A stretch of DNA of 64,000 nucleotides from a virus. The stretch is taken from positions 121,492-185,491 of IMG/VR virus record IMGVR_UViG_3300026488_000011; one strand, written 5' to 3'. The notes below the pieces were generated by a model. That model was not told the DNA's origin, searched no databases, and was given only the letters and a program-made list of their open reading frames with translations. The translations under genes were made by a program, and so were the position numbers. The number at the start of each line of letters is the position of its first letter. The stretch's first letter is position 1. Shown here piece by piece: positions 1 to 10,461 of the stretch.

Positions 1-1
1 T

Positions 2-205
2 GAGACACTTACTTCTATTAGTGAAATAGGTCTATGTTCAGGTATAGACATAGACTATAACGGCTATAAGGAATCTGTAAAGACCCAAATAAACTTCTTT
101 ACTGACATGAATTTGGACTTACAATTATTGGATAATCTAAAAGTAAATAACAGAGTAGAATTTTATTTGGAACTGGGGGGAATGGAACCTCTCTATAAAG
201 GATGA
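2..205 (+). CDS. C-terminal end of a gene starting before the window (phiKZ-type virion structural protein, tentative)
   Basis: Frame 2 is open from base 2: ETLTSISEIGLCSGID...LELGGMEPLYKG*. Its TGA overlaps the next start (ATGA 202-205). Not in the ORF track. Confidence 0.6.
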   Translation, partial: ETLTSISEIGLCSGIDIDYNGYKESVKTQINFFTDMNLDLQLLDNLKVNNRVEFYLELGGMEPLYKG

Positions 206-756
206 TTATGTTTAAGTTACTAGGCATCGACCCAGGTACTAATTTCTGCGGTGTATCTATTTTTACTATAGAGAGTCTAGATAAAATAGTCGATGTAAGG
301 ACAGAGTTAATAGATATCTCTAATCCAATCTACACAGATTTATCAAACGACCTGTTTTATAGATTACACCGACTAGAAGAAGCTATTAAGAAATTATGTT
401 TAACAGAATATCCGTTTATGCCTATAGCCTTAGGAATCGAAGCTGGATTTATAAATAGATTTAGACCGGCAGCATATGGCCCTTTAGCTAAATCAAGTTT
501 TATAATAGAACATGCTTTTAAAGACATAACGGGATCTAATCTAATCGTAGAATATCCTCCTAGTATAATTAAGAAGAGAGTGAGTAGACAGGGGTTAGCT
601 ACTAAATCAGATATGTTAACCGCTGTATTAAACAATGATGAACTTTCGCCATGGTTAATAGGAATGGAAACTGAACATGAAATTGATGCGATAGCTATAG
701 GATATTGCTTACTAGAAGATATTAGAGAAAGACCTGAAATATTGTACAAAGTATAA
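202..756 (+). CDS. ruvC: RuvC-like Holliday junction resolvase
   Basis: LGIDPGT catalytic Asp motif, GIEAGF Glu, PSIIKK...ATKSDM, EHEIDAIAIG C-terminal acidic motif. Confidence 0.85.
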   Translation: MIMFKLLGIDPGTNFCGVSIFTIESLDKIVDVRTELIDISNPIYTDLSNDLFYRLHRLEEAIKKLCLTEYPFMPIALGIEAGFINRFRPAAYGPLAKSSFIIEHAFKDITGSNLIVEYPPSIIKKRVSRQGLATKSDMLTAVLNNDELSPWLIGMETEHEIDAIAIGYCLLEDIRERPEILYKV

Positions 757-764
757 AAAAATAA

Positions 765-793
765 AGTTAGTGGAGATTATTTCTCCACTAACT
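765..793. terminator. Hairpin between convergent genes (12-bp stem)
   Basis: AGTTAGTGGAGA-TTATT-TCTCCACTAACT. The stop of the 777..1754 gene is in the loop; A-tract at 754-764. Confidence 0.75.
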
Positions 794-1754
794 CATATTC
801 TATTCTTAAAGGCTTAGATTCCAATATTAACTTTTTCCCATCGTATTCTAATATGTCTTGGGAAGTAAAGAAAGTTTGATCGTTATAGTAACCGGACTCT
901 TCCTTGTTATAGAACAAGTCTATGTAGACGTCTCCGGCTTCTATAGCTCCTACGCTAAGAGTAGTAGGTACTACCTTATAGGATTTTTTGTCTAATTCTT
1001 TACCGTCTTTTAATACCCTTTTAATCGCTAGTATCTTTGTAGGTTTCATAAAGTCTACATTTAGAACACTTATAAGAGTATCGAATGGAATTGATGGATC
1101 TTCAAGGTGTTCTTCTACTATTGCTTTTAGGTGGTCAAATGTAAAATCTTTAGTGGATAAGTAAGATTTCAATAATTCGTCTAGGAAACTCTTGTTCACA
1201 CCTTTTTCTTCGCAATATTCTATAATAGTGTTTTTATCTAGCTTATTGAACGTAACAGAGTATTTTAACCTACCTGGTCTGTTCCTGATCAGCTTAGATA
1301 TTTTATAGGGTTCATTCTCTGTTACTAATACTAATCTTCTTCTACCTAATGTGTTGGATAGTAGTGTTAACATTTTCTCTTGTTCTTCAATACTGAATGT
1401 CTTACCGAATTCATCGAAGAATAACACTGCATTGTCTAATGTCTCTAGAAATGAAATTAGATCAGGACTAAACTCTACATTAGTGATTAGATATACACTC
1501 ATGCCGTGATCTATAGCTCTATTAGCTATAGATTTAGCTATCTCTGTCTTACCTGCTCCTTTTAATCCTAATAACATCACACCGCCTATTAAGTTTTTTC
1601 TTTCCAGACCTTTCCATATTACATCCCTGTACCTTCTAGCATCTCCGTACAGCTTTTCCGGTTCTTTAAATTTATGTGTTAAGGTGGTAACATAATAAGA
1701 TTTGGAAAATGGATCTTGCTTTACCTCATAAACCATAGGTATATTCATCCACAT
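777..1754 (-). CDS. AAA+ family ATPase
   Basis: Walker A GLKGAGKT, Walker B LFFDEFGK, RNRPGR arginine-finger region. Confidence 0.85.
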   Translation of the reverse strand: MWMNIPMVYEVKQDPFSKSYYVTTLTHKFKEPEKLYGDARRYRDVIWKGLERKNLIGGVMLLGLKGAGKTEIAKSIANRAIDHGMSVYLITNVEFSPDLISFLETLDNAVLFFDEFGKTFSIEEQEKMLTLLSNTLGRRRLVLVTENEPYKISKLIRNRPGRLKYSVTFNKLDKNTIIEYCEEKGVNKSFLDELLKSYLSTKDFTFDHLKAIVEEHLEDPSIPFDTLISVLNVDFMKPTKILAIKRVLKDGKELDKKSYKVVPTTLSVGAIEAGDVYIDLFYNKEESGYYNDQTFFTSQDILEYDGKKLILESKPLRIEYELVEK

Positions 1755-1834
1755 GTTTTACTCCTTTATGATTATTACACTTAAATAATATATGGTTTAC
1801 TTTCTCTGAATATAACATTAAGAAAGGAGACGGT

Positions 1835-2320
1835 ATGTTAAGATTTTGGAGTTTTATAAAGACTAAAGAAGGATTACTTTCTATAATAATTTTAACTTTT
1901 GTAGGTGTGCCGTTAGTTCTCTCAATATTTAATGGCATTAAGTCTACCTTTATGGATACTTTTGGTATTAAGACAGATAGCGAAATTAAGGCTGAGCAAA
2001 AAGTGGTGATTGATAAAATAACAGAGGAGAACAGGAACTTAAAGAAAATAAACGAGATTAAAGCTAAGATAGTGAAGATAAACGAAAAGAAAGTGATCGA
2101 CGAAATAAAAGAAGAGAAAAAGATCGATGAGTTTAAAATTAATCTGATTAAAGAAGTAGACAAAGAACCAGACGTTAAGGTTAAAGAACAAGTGAAAGTA
2201 ATAACTAAAAACAAATCTCCGCAAACGGTAATAATAGATAAGAAGAAGTATGAAGAAGAAGGATTGAAAAATATCAATCTTATCTATCAAGCCTATGAAT
2301 TAGTAAAGGATGTAAAATGA
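1835..2320 (+). CDS. Putative inner-membrane spanin (Rz-like)
   Basis: Single N-terminal TM helix plus K/E-rich coiled coil. Stop overlaps the start of the following lipoprotein gene. Confidence 0.65.
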   Translation: MLRFWSFIKTKEGLLSIIILTFVGVPLVLSIFNGIKSTFMDTFGIKTDSEIKAEQKVVIDKITEENRNLKKINEIKAKIVKINEKKVIDEIKEEKKIDEFKINLIKEVDKEPDVKVKEQVKVITKNKSPQTVIIDKKKYEEEGLKNINLIYQAYELVKDVK

Positions 2321-2637
2321 TTAGGTGTACGTTGTTATTCGCTTTGTTAGCATTTTTTATAACCGGATGTAGTAAACAACCAGAATATAAAATTATCTAT
2401 AAAGAAAAGATTGTTAGAGTATATCCTCCCGAGTATTTAACCAAGGATAATATTAAACTACCTCCACCGCCTAGCAAATATCGATACATTACAGGAGATC
2501 CTTTTCAAAGAGAGAGGTTACTGACTAAATATGTGATAGAATTATTAATCACTATTAAAAAGTATAAAGTAAAGCTTAAAAATATTAACGACTGGAACAA
2601 GAAGACAAATAAGATATTATCTACTACTGACAAATAG
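2317..2637 (+). CDS. Putative outer-membrane spanin lipoprotein (Rz1-like)
   Basis: Signal peptide with lipobox ITGC (Cys18), proline-rich segment LPPPPS, ATGA overlap with the upstream TM gene. Confidence 0.7.
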   Translation: MIRCTLLFALLAFFITGCSKQPEYKIIYKEKIVRVYPPEYLTKDNIKLPPPPSKYRYITGDPFQRERLLTKYVIELLITIKKYKVKLKNINDWNKKTNKILSTTDK

Positions 2638-2647
2638 TCAGTAGTAG
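2621..2647. terminator. Bidirectional hairpin containing both convergent stop codons
   Basis: CTACTACTGAC-AAATA-GTCAGTAGTAG followed by TTTTT. Confidence 0.75.
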
Positions 2648-2832
2648 TTTTTTAATTTAGTTTTATTTCCATATTTATCAACAATTATGATGTCATTGGG
2701 ATCGTAATAATTTTTTAATATACTCAATACTATGTCCATCCTATTTTTATATTTGAAAAAATGTTTTTTAACAATAATGTTGTTTGCCTTTATCTCTACA
2801 GTGTATTCAAATTGTGAAAGATTAATACTCAT
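2638..2832 (-). CDS. Small hypothetical protein
   Basis: 64-aa ORF preceded by an AGGAG RBS, in an operon with the upstream spike genes. Confidence 0.6.
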   Translation of the reverse strand: MSINLSQFEYTVEIKANNIIVKKHFFKYKNRMDIVLSILKNYYDPNDIIIVDKYGNKTKLKNYY

Positions 2833-2841
2833 AGGTCTCCT

Positions 2842-3354
2842 TTATAATACTTTAGTTTCGATAGTCTCGCTACAACCCCCGCCGTCTGATTCTTTAACTG
2901 TCCATATAATCTCTCTCACATGTTTAAAAATTATATGGAAGAAATCATAAAAGGGAGGGTAATGTAGTTCTCTATCAATAGCATTTACTAAATCAGTCGC
3001 TATTGGTTCTATTATTTTAATAGCATCATTCTCTACACTGTCTATAGAATCACAGGAAACTGGTTCTCCTGTAGGTTCTATCGTAGTAGACCAATATCTG
3101 GCTATCTCTCTGGCTAATATCCAAGGTACCTCTGATTTAGGCTCTACAGACCTAAGGTCTCCAAAATTTAATGTACCAGCTGGCGTGGTTATATCTATAT
3201 TTGGATTAGTAGGTTCTGCTGATTGAAATTCTTGGTCTAGAATCCTTTCTAACGCTCTAACTGAATCTAGTCCTCCGTCGTAAGGATGTTGAGATAAAAA
3301 GCTATCTAACGCGGTCTTGTAATTCTCAGCTGCTCTGTTTTCATCCATAGCCAT
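2842..3354 (-). CDS. Hypothetical protein downstream of the spike gene (baseplate-associated, tentative)
   Basis: 170-aa ORF starting 1 nt after the spike gene stop; no recognisable motif. Confidence 0.55.
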   Translation of the reverse strand: MAMDENRAAENYKTALDSFLSQHPYDGGLDSVRALERILDQEFQSAEPTNPNIDITTPAGTLNFGDLRSVEPKSEVPWILAREIARYWSTTIEPTGEPVSCDSIDSVENDAIKIIEPIATDLVNAIDRELHYPPFYDFFHIIFKHVREIIWTVKESDGGGCSETIETKVL

Positions 3355-3355
3355 T

Positions 3356-4318
3356 TTACTGTCCTCTGATTGTATTTATTTTATCAATTATTTCCTGGAA
3401 CATAGATATGGATGTGTCGGTCCATCTGGTTTCATAACCTAGATTACCTATATGTTGTGCTGATATTAATTTGTTTAAAAAGTCTACCAGTGTATCCATT
3501 AACTCAACTCCTCCTCCTGTTATAGTAACGCTACCAGCAGTTAATCCATAGTGATTATCGACATTCTTAGTCTCAGTGCTTGTATGTGTGTCTATGGTCT
3601 CGCTAGCTTCAGTTTTGTGGTGTTTAGTATTAATGGATATTAGGTTTGTTGTCTTAACAGTCATTGCGTTGTTGGTTGAGATGTTTAATGTATCAGTAGG
3701 ACTATCTAGTTCTATATAATTTCCTTTACCATCCAATACTTTTAAATTCCCGTCTTTAGTGTTTAAGATAAAATCGTATGATGTATATTCATTCCACTTA
3801 TCACCCGTATGGAACTTTATTATCTTGTCTCTGGTATTTATTTCTAGATAATATGTATCTTCTAAAAGCTCATCAGGATCTAACTTAGGTTTGTCGGAAA
3901 ATACAAATCTTACTACTTCTTCTTTTCTTAAACTTAAATCATTAAACATTGTTGTCCAGAAGAATAAGTCACTGTTACTATATCTCCATAATAACACCTG
4001 CTCGCCCTTTCTTACATCAGGAGGTGTTAATCTATTATACTGTCCAAAAGAAAACCATTTAGCTCTGATTGTTTTACTTCTGTCTATTTGTAATTTTAAA
4101 GTTTTTATGTCATCATTTTCATGGTCTACTATTTTTACATCAGCTTCTATTTCTTCATCATTCATGTCAGGTCCTACCGTAGGTAATTTCTCTACAGGGT
4201 AAATCTCTACTATATCACTATCCCAGTCTTTATCTCTTACTACAAAACCTACTGAATAAAATATTAAGTTAGAAGGATCTACTTTATGTAGATATAGATC
4301 TTTCTCTAAATTATCCAT
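3356..4318 (-). CDS. Baseplate central spike (gp5/VgrG-like OB fold plus beta-strand repeats; phiKZ gp164-like)
   Basis: OB-fold motifs AKWF...PPDVRKGEQVLL, beta-rich repeats, C-terminal HIGNLG; divergent from sbcC as in phiKZ gp164/gp165. Confidence 0.65.
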   Translation of the reverse strand: MDNLEKDLYLHKVDPSNLIFYSVGFVVRDKDWDSDIVEIYPVEKLPTVGPDMNDEEIEADVKIVDHENDDIKTLKLQIDRSKTIRAKWFSFGQYNRLTPPDVRKGEQVLLWRYSNSDLFFWTTMFNDLSLRKEEVVRFVFSDKPKLDPDELLEDTYYLEINTRDKIIKFHTGDKWNEYTSYDFILNTKDGNLKVLDGKGNYIELDSPTDTLNISTNNAMTVKTTNLISINTKHHKTEASETIDTHTSTETKNVDNHYGLTAGSVTITGGGVELMDTLVDFLNKLISAQHIGNLGYETRWTDTSISMFQEIIDKINTIRGQ

Positions 4319-4380
4319 AAGTACTCCTTTATCTCACTTCTTTTTCAATTAAGCTTCTAATATGAATTTAAGGAGGAGTA

Positions 4381-6807
4381 ATGAAGTTAGTAAAGTTACA
4401 CTTGAAAGATTATAATAGATTATCAGTGTCTGGAATAAGAGAGTTGATTTATAAACCAGAGAAAAAAATACAAGTCATACTCGGTACAAATGGATCAGGT
4501 AAGTCGTCCTTACTAAAAGAGATTCTTCCTAACGTGGATGGATTAAAAGAGGACTATGGAGAAAATGGTTTAAAGAAAGTGACGATAGAGCATAGAGATA
4601 ACATCATAAACATTTCCTATAACAGGAAAACTAATAAACACTCATTTGTTAAGAATGGAGAGGAATTAAATCCGTCCGGATTAATGAAAATACAGAAACA
4701 ATTAATAGATGATGAATTTGGTATCACTAAGGAGATAATGGAAATCTTATTATCTACTAATAGTTTTATACAAATGTCAGTAGGTGAGAGAAAAAAATGG
4801 TTTACAAAAATATTATCGCATGTAGATTATGATTACGCGCTTAGTGTCTATAATAGAGCAAAAGATAGGGTAAAAGAATTACAATCCTTTATAAAATTAA
4901 CACGTAGCAAACTTATCAAAGAGGAAAATGTCTTAAAAGAAGCCAGCAATGGTTATGAAGACAGTCTAAAGGAAAGACTTCAAATCCTAAATTCGTATTT
5001 AGAAAAACTGTTAGAAGCTAAAGAGCCTTACAATCAGTTTGATTTAGATTCCCTTTTATCAGAAATAAATCGATTAACACTAGATACAGAGGTTAAGCTT
5101 AACAAGTTGTTAGAAGCAGCTAGTACATATGGATTAGAATTAAGGAACGTAGATATCAAACTTACGTCTTTAAAGACTAAAAAAGATATGCTAGAGAAGA
5201 ATAAAGAAGATCTAACTTCTAAAATGGAAAAAGCAGAATCTCTAAAAATTGATAAAGGTGACAACCTTGAGCAGATTAAGAGCAGGATTAAAGATCTGGA
5301 AGAGAAGAAAAAGGAAATAGAGAACTTAATTCCTGTACGTGTAGATGATTATGGTTATTTGCTTAGAATATTTAACCAAATCTATATGGAGATAGTTGAA
5401 ACAATAAACCTCTTAGAAGACTATAATTCAGTAGACATTAAAGAAGAGAAGGAACTATTAGAGAAATCTAATAAAATAAAGACCGAATTAGAATTATTAG
5501 GAAAAAAGATTAATAAACTAGAAGCCGAAATAAATCATTTAGAGGAACTTTCTAATCGAGGTAGTACTAAATGTCCTAAATGTGGTTATGAATGGATAGA
5601 GGGCTTCTCAGAGGCTAAATTAAAACTATTAAAAGAATCCTTGAATAAACTAAACGTTAAGAAGCAGATGTTAGAAGAAGAGTATGGTAAGATAGAAGAT
5701 CTGCTGACGAAAATTAAAGAGAAGAAAGATCTTCTTATACGGCTTAAGTCTTATCTTAGTCAATTTGATAAGCCCGTATACGACTACCTACTCCATGATG
5801 GGTTAAAAGGACTGAGAGAAAAACTTACGTCTATGACAATACTAGTAGATAAGATACCTCTACTAAAACAGATAGAAGATGAACTACTGGATTTAACGTA
5901 TAAAAAATCCATTTTAGAAAAAATGGACAATGAGAAACTTAATAAAATTTTAGACAGAGTAGAAGAGATAAAAAACGAATACAGCAAGGTTATTAAAGAG
6001 CTGAATACCGTAACTGAAGAAATAGATAGACTAAAGAAATTCTCTGCAGCGTTAGACACAGTAAACAAGCAAGTAGAAACACTGAAAAGTTTACTTAGGG
6101 AATATAGAAAGAATAGTAAAGAGATAGTAAAACAGTATAAAAATGAATTCATAAGCAAAGTTATTTATGAGCTAAAAAAACTGATAAGCGAAGCTGAATC
6201 AGAGTTAATAGAATTTAAGAATGCTAAGAAAAGATTTATGGCTTTGACAGATGAACTTAAAGAATATGAAGAGCGTCTTAAAATAATGAAAGAAGTAACT
6301 GAACTCCTATCACCTACTAAAGGAATAATTGGTAAGTCAGTAGTGAAGATAATAAACACGGTATTAGAAGAAATGAACGATATTATTAACCGTGTATGGA
6401 GTTATGAAATAAGGATACTTCCTTGTAATATAGAAGAGAATGATCTTAATTTCAGATTCCCTGTCTTAATAAACGGAAACAGAGAGATACCTGATGTTAG
6501 TAAAGGTAGTAGCAGTATTAAAGAGATTATAGACTTAGCGTTTAAAATAGTAGCTATGAAGCACTTAAATATGTTGGATTATCCATTAATACTAGATGAG
6601 TTTGGAAGGACTATGGACGAGACACATAGGATCAGAGCATACGAGTTTATAGAGGATATATCTGAAAAGTATTTTTCTCAGATATACCTAGTGGCGCATT
6701 TTGAATCACTATACAGTAGGTTTACTGATGTGGATTTGGTGGTGTTGAATGACGAAAATCTTACAATAGATACGAAAGATGTAAATAAGGTAATTACTTT
6801 AAAATAA
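4381..6807 (+). CDS. sbcC: SbcC/Rad50-like ATPase
   Basis: Walker A GTNGSGKSS, long coiled coils, zinc hook CPKCG, Walker B LILDEFG, H-loop LVAH. Confidence 0.9.
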   Translation: MKLVKLHLKDYNRLSVSGIRELIYKPEKKIQVILGTNGSGKSSLLKEILPNVDGLKEDYGENGLKKVTIEHRDNIINISYNRKTNKHSFVKNGEELNPSGLMKIQKQLIDDEFGITKEIMEILLSTNSFIQMSVGERKKWFTKILSHVDYDYALSVYNRAKDRVKELQSFIKLTRSKLIKEENVLKEASNGYEDSLKERLQILNSYLEKLLEAKEPYNQFDLDSLLSEINRLTLDTEVKLNKLLEAASTYGLELRNVDIKLTSLKTKKDMLEKNKEDLTSKMEKAESLKIDKGDNLEQIKSRIKDLEEKKKEIENLIPVRVDDYGYLLRIFNQIYMEIVETINLLEDYNSVDIKEEKELLEKSNKIKTELELLGKKINKLEAEINHLEELSNRGSTKCPKCGYEWIEGFSEAKLKLLKESLNKLNVKKQMLEEEYGKIEDLLTKIKEKKDLLIRLKSYLSQFDKPVYDYLLHDGLKGLREKLTSMTILVDKIPLLKQIEDELLDLTYKKSILEKMDNEKLNKILDRVEEIKNEYSKVIKELNTVTEEIDRLKKFSAALDTVNKQVETLKSLLREYRKNSKEIVKQYKNEFISKVIYELKKLISEAESELIEFKNAKKRFMALTDELKEYEERLKIMKEVTELLSPTKGIIGKSVVKIINTVLEEMNDIINRVWSYEIRILPCNIEENDLNFRFPVLINGNREIPDVSKGSSSIKEIIDLAFKIVAMKHLNMLDYPLILDEFGRTMDETHRIRAYEFIEDISEKYFSQIYLVAHFESLYSRFTDVDLVVLNDENLTIDTKDVNKVITLK

Positions 6808-6820
6808 GAAAGGAGATGAA

Positions 6821-7351
6821 ATGGCAATCGTATTTGAGGTAAATCCAGAGAAAATAATGAAAGAATACAGCGAACTAAACTCTTTAGATTTTTACAGTAT
6901 GGATTTAAGAAAAATTAAAAAGACTTATAACAGAATATGTGAGTTAGTAAAAGAGACTAAGAACACCATAAAAGCATTTGATATATTATTACATTCTAAG
7001 TATAACGAGAGGGATAGTTCTTTCAGGAGGAAGAAAAGTATTAAGGAAAGAAAGAAACCAAAACAAGCCCTAACAAAATTACTAGCCGTGTTTAGACCAC
7101 GTGCATTTGATATAAATGAAAACACTATAGATGGTTCGTATATCACATATCATAGTCTTAGGATGTTTGATACTGTCTATGTTAGATACAATGGGGAATA
7201 TGTATCAGATGTAAACGAACTAAAAACTAGATATGTGAAAATTCTAGAAGATCTAAGAACATTAGCTAAATATATACAACAAGAACATCTTAATTCTAGT
7301 AGCAAGTGTAAAAGAGTGTTTCTACAAAGATCGTTACCGTTAGAATATTAA
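6821..7351 (+). CDS. Hypothetical protein
   Basis: 176-aa ORF with AGGAG RBS, downstream of sbcC. Confidence 0.65.
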   Translation: MAIVFEVNPEKIMKEYSELNSLDFYSMDLRKIKKTYNRICELVKETKNTIKAFDILLHSKYNERDSSFRRKKSIKERKKPKQALTKLLAVFRPRAFDINENTIDGSYITYHSLRMFDTVYVRYNGEYVSDVNELKTRYVKILEDLRTLAKYIQQEHLNSSSKCKRVFLQRSLPLEY

Positions 7352-7353
7352 CC

Positions 7354-7380
7354 AGACCAGTAGGAGAATCCTACTGGTCT
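7354..7380. terminator. Hairpin between convergent genes
   Basis: AGACCAGTAGGA-GAA-TCCTACTGGTCT; includes the stop of the 7371..7976 gene. Confidence 0.75.
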
Positions 7381-7976
7381 AATTTCTTCACTAATGTCTC
7401 TATTTTAGTTTTCATCTCTTTTACTAATTTTTCTAGATCTTTCACTATCAGTCTACATGGCTTATTGTTAACGATTTTAGCCTTTCTGTTACTTTCAAAT
7501 GTATTATATTCGTCTACTGTGTATAATAAGGTATTACTTGTGTTTAGTAGTAATACCTCTGGTTCAATACCGTAATATGCTTTTACCAGATCGGATATTT
7601 CTTCTAGTAAGAAATTGAAATCTTGATCATCCGGTACTACTCCTAAATCTACCGCGATTGTTTTCTTCCTAAATGCCTTACCTGTTACGTCTGGTATAGA
7701 TTTTAGATAATTGACAGGTATGTACAGATATTGTCCATCAGGACTCAATAATGTTACTATCGGGATATCATTGTTTACCGCATATTCGTAGTCCTCTTGC
7801 GTGAGACCTAATTTCAGATATATGTCATTCAGCACATCTTCGTTACTAGCTACCATCTCCTTTATAGATCTTACACTTAAGACCTTATAGTTAGTATCAG
7901 GGTTTAAATAATCGGCTATAGGTTCTTTTAGTCTAAACTGACCTATACTGCCTATTACTGGGATTAAGTAGTCCAT
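7371..7976 (-). CDS. Conserved phiKZ-type hypothetical (probable virion) protein
   Basis: 201-aa ORF (G.F.L..P, Y.V..VRSI..M, IVTL, Y.Y.P pattern) divergent from RNase H; family call from recall. Confidence 0.55.
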   Translation of the reverse strand: MDYLIPVIGSIGQFRLKEPIADYLNPDTNYKVLSVRSIKEMVASNEDVLNDIYLKLGLTQEDYEYAVNNDIPIVTLLSPDGQYLYIPVNYLKSIPDVTGKAFRKKTIAVDLGVVPDDQDFNFLLEEISDLVKAYYGIEPEVLLLNTSNTLLYTVDEYNTFESNRKAKIVNNKPCRLIVKDLEKLVKEMKTKIETLVKKLDQ

Positions 7977-8079
7977 TCCATATCCTTTTTGTTATAACTT
8001 TTTTTATTCAGAGAAACTGTATATATTATTTATACCTAACAACATTTTCTGAATAAACATCATATTAGAAAGGTAACCC

Positions 8080-9486
8080 ATGAATACTTTAGTAATTTAT
8101 ACAGACGGTGCATGTAAGAGAAATCCAGGACCAGCGGGATATGGTGCTCATATGTTAGTGACTGATAAGAATATTAAACCTAAGCAAATATTATCCAAGT
8201 ACAAATTAACCAACAAAGGATACATAGCTAAAAATCTTTTAAAAGTTAATAAACCTGATGATGTCGAAGAAGTAGGATTAAGACAAGTAGTTGATATATT
8301 TGGTTATACAAATTCTGATACTAACAATAGAGCAGAACTAGATGGCGTTATCCAGTCTTTACTTTATTTCATAAATGTTAAAGCTATAGATGATACATTT
8401 GAAGATATTACTAAGGTAGTAATCAGGACAGACTCTAATTACGTAATAGGTATGATTGCTAAACTAGAAGATCCTGATCTAGGTATTAACGAGATAGTGG
8501 CTAACCAAGACAAGGCTAAGGAGTTAGATAAGATACTTAGAATCCTTAGGGAGAAAAATATTGAGTTGGAAATGCTGAGAGTAGCTGGTCATTCTGGAGA
8601 CTTAGGGAATGATAGAGCTGATTTATTAGCTAACATGGGTGCTTATGCCAATATTCGTGGTCTGGATGAACAGGTCATCATTTCAGATACCGGAAATAAT
8701 TACTGGAAATTAGAATCTGATAGACCTCCTCTGTTAGACAATAAACTATTATTTAGATACAGCAATGAAGTAAATGATAAAGATCTGTACTATTACGGAT
8801 TAAACTACGATGAAGATGATCAAATAGGTAAAAGAAGTGCTGATGTCATTTACCAAGTTTATCATACTCCTGAACCAGTGGATAAAATAAATGAAATTTC
8901 TACTCTTTTCAATAGCCTAACAGAAAAGCTGGTAATACCTTATACAATAAACTTAGATAATTTATATCATAAGCAAATTTCTAAGAATCTTAATTACTAC
9001 AAAGAATACTATTTGTTAACCGAACATAAAACAAAAAGAAAAGTAGTAACTGTAGACGGAATAGAGTTAGCTTCAGAAGTCTACCCTCCTAGTTTATCTA
9101 TGCTGGCTTTAGAAATCTCTGATTACTTAAAGAACATATTAAAAGACTATATCGAGGATACGTTACGTCCGCATATTACTACGTTAGATATTACTAATGA
9201 GTTCTATAATTTAGGAGATAAGACTACTCTTAAAAAAGAAGTTAAAAATAAAGATGTTATAAAAGTAAAGGTAGGAAAAGGACATGCTAAGATAGTAACA
9301 GGTTTAGACACACCTAAGCGTAACAGTATGAAGAAGATAGAAAAGTTAAATCCTAAAGTAGAGTTAATCCTGATCGATAGAAAGCAGGTGATTGAGTTTT
9401 TCACGATTACTAGCTACGATGGTGAGAATGGTAGAGAATATCTTTTAGTGGATAATCATTATGCTAACATAGTATTAAAACATTGA
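8080..9486 (+). CDS. rnhA: RNase H1 with long C-terminal extension (phiKZ gp155-like)
   Basis: IYTDGACKRNPGPAGYG, TNNRAELDG, IRTDSNYV, VAGHSGDLGNDRADLLA. Confidence 0.9.
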   Translation: MNTLVIYTDGACKRNPGPAGYGAHMLVTDKNIKPKQILSKYKLTNKGYIAKNLLKVNKPDDVEEVGLRQVVDIFGYTNSDTNNRAELDGVIQSLLYFINVKAIDDTFEDITKVVIRTDSNYVIGMIAKLEDPDLGINEIVANQDKAKELDKILRILREKNIELEMLRVAGHSGDLGNDRADLLANMGAYANIRGLDEQVIISDTGNNYWKLESDRPPLLDNKLLFRYSNEVNDKDLYYYGLNYDEDDQIGKRSADVIYQVYHTPEPVDKINEISTLFNSLTEKLVIPYTINLDNLYHKQISKNLNYYKEYYLLTEHKTKRKVVTVDGIELASEVYPPSLSMLALEISDYLKNILKDYIEDTLRPHITTLDITNEFYNLGDKTTLKKEVKNKDVIKVKVGKGHAKIVTGLDTPKRNSMKKIEKLNPKVELILIDRKQVIEFFTITSYDGENGREYLLVDNHYANIVLKH

Positions 9487-9510
9487 CAGGGTTTTATTTC
9501 CCTGTCAATG
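9481..9510. terminator. Bidirectional hairpin containing both convergent stop codons
   Basis: CATTGACAGGG-TTTTATTT-CCCTGTCAATG. Confidence 0.75.
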
Positions 9511-10420
9511 TCATAAATTTCTCTACTAGGTTTGATTTAAAGTCGTTTATTTTCTTAGCTATTTTTTCTAACTCTTTAGGTTCTTGATTTATTATCAAAT
9601 TAGATATCATTACCATAATGTCTACTAGATTTGTATATAGGAAGAATAGTAAACCGATTGCTGTAGAATATTCTGCTAAGGCTAAAAGATATTGACTCAA
9701 TAACTGTGCTGTTTCCTTATCGTCTCTTAGCTTAGGCATCAATCCTTTTACTAAATCAGATAACTCTACTACTCCTTCCATGATTCTTTCTAATTCTTCT
9801 AATCTATAGTTTTTACCTAGTGTAAGTGTTTTATTAATTAGTTCGGGTATACTGCTTACATTACTTACTAATTTTCTTAATTCTACTCTGTCTCTTATTA
9901 CCTTGTCTTCTCTTATCTTTTCTATATCTGTTAAGATTCTCTCCACCCTATTTTTTATCTCTTCTAGTTCCTTAGTATTTCCTATGTCAGTAGATTTTAT
10001 TCTGTTGCTTAGTAGAATATTATCTATTCTGTTTTTTACTTCTTCTAAGACGTTTTTGAAATTCTCTATATCGTTTATATGTAAGATAAGGACATTTACT
10101 AGTTCGTTTAAATTAGCTTTTAATCCAGCTATGGTAGGTACTTTTACACTCAACAGTTCAGGTGTGACAGCTCCATTATTAATAGCTTTTAAAACAGCAG
10201 GCTTTAATTTAGCTAGCTTTTTAACATTACTAGTCCTAGTGTTGTATTTTACCATCTCATCCGCTATTACCTTAGTGGTCTGTATATAACGAATTAGTTT
10301 TACAAATTTGTCGTAAAGCAAAGTATCGAGTTCTTTTATTACATCAATTATACCTTCATTACCCTCTACAATATCTAATTCATTTTTACTATGTTTAATA
10401 AATAAATCCAACGTATCCAT
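9494..10420 (-). CDS. Putative internal head (ejection) protein
   Basis: Helical protein with GNE|GIIDVIK at residues 20-29, matching the phiKZ S/A/G-X-E prohead-protease cleavage pattern. Confidence 0.5.
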   Translation of the reverse strand: MDTLDLFIKHSKNELDIVEGNEGIIDVIKELDTLLYDKFVKLIRYIQTTKVIADEMVKYNTRTSNVKKLAKLKPAVLKAINNGAVTPELLSVKVPTIAGLKANLNELVNVLILHINDIENFKNVLEEVKNRIDNILLSNRIKSTDIGNTKELEEIKNRVERILTDIEKIREDKVIRDRVELRKLVSNVSSIPELINKTLTLGKNYRLEELERIMEGVVELSDLVKGLMPKLRDDKETAQLLSQYLLALAEYSTAIGLLFFLYTNLVDIMVMISNLIINQEPKELEKIAKKINDFKSNLVEKFMTLTGK

Positions 10421-10461
10421 TATTTCTCCTTAATTTTATAATTTCACAAAAAAGAAAATAG

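Noticed and set aside
175-180. G6 run as a Campylobacter-style phase-variation tract
   Set aside because: Only six Gs, encoding in-frame Gly-Gly; shorter than typical hypermutable tracts.
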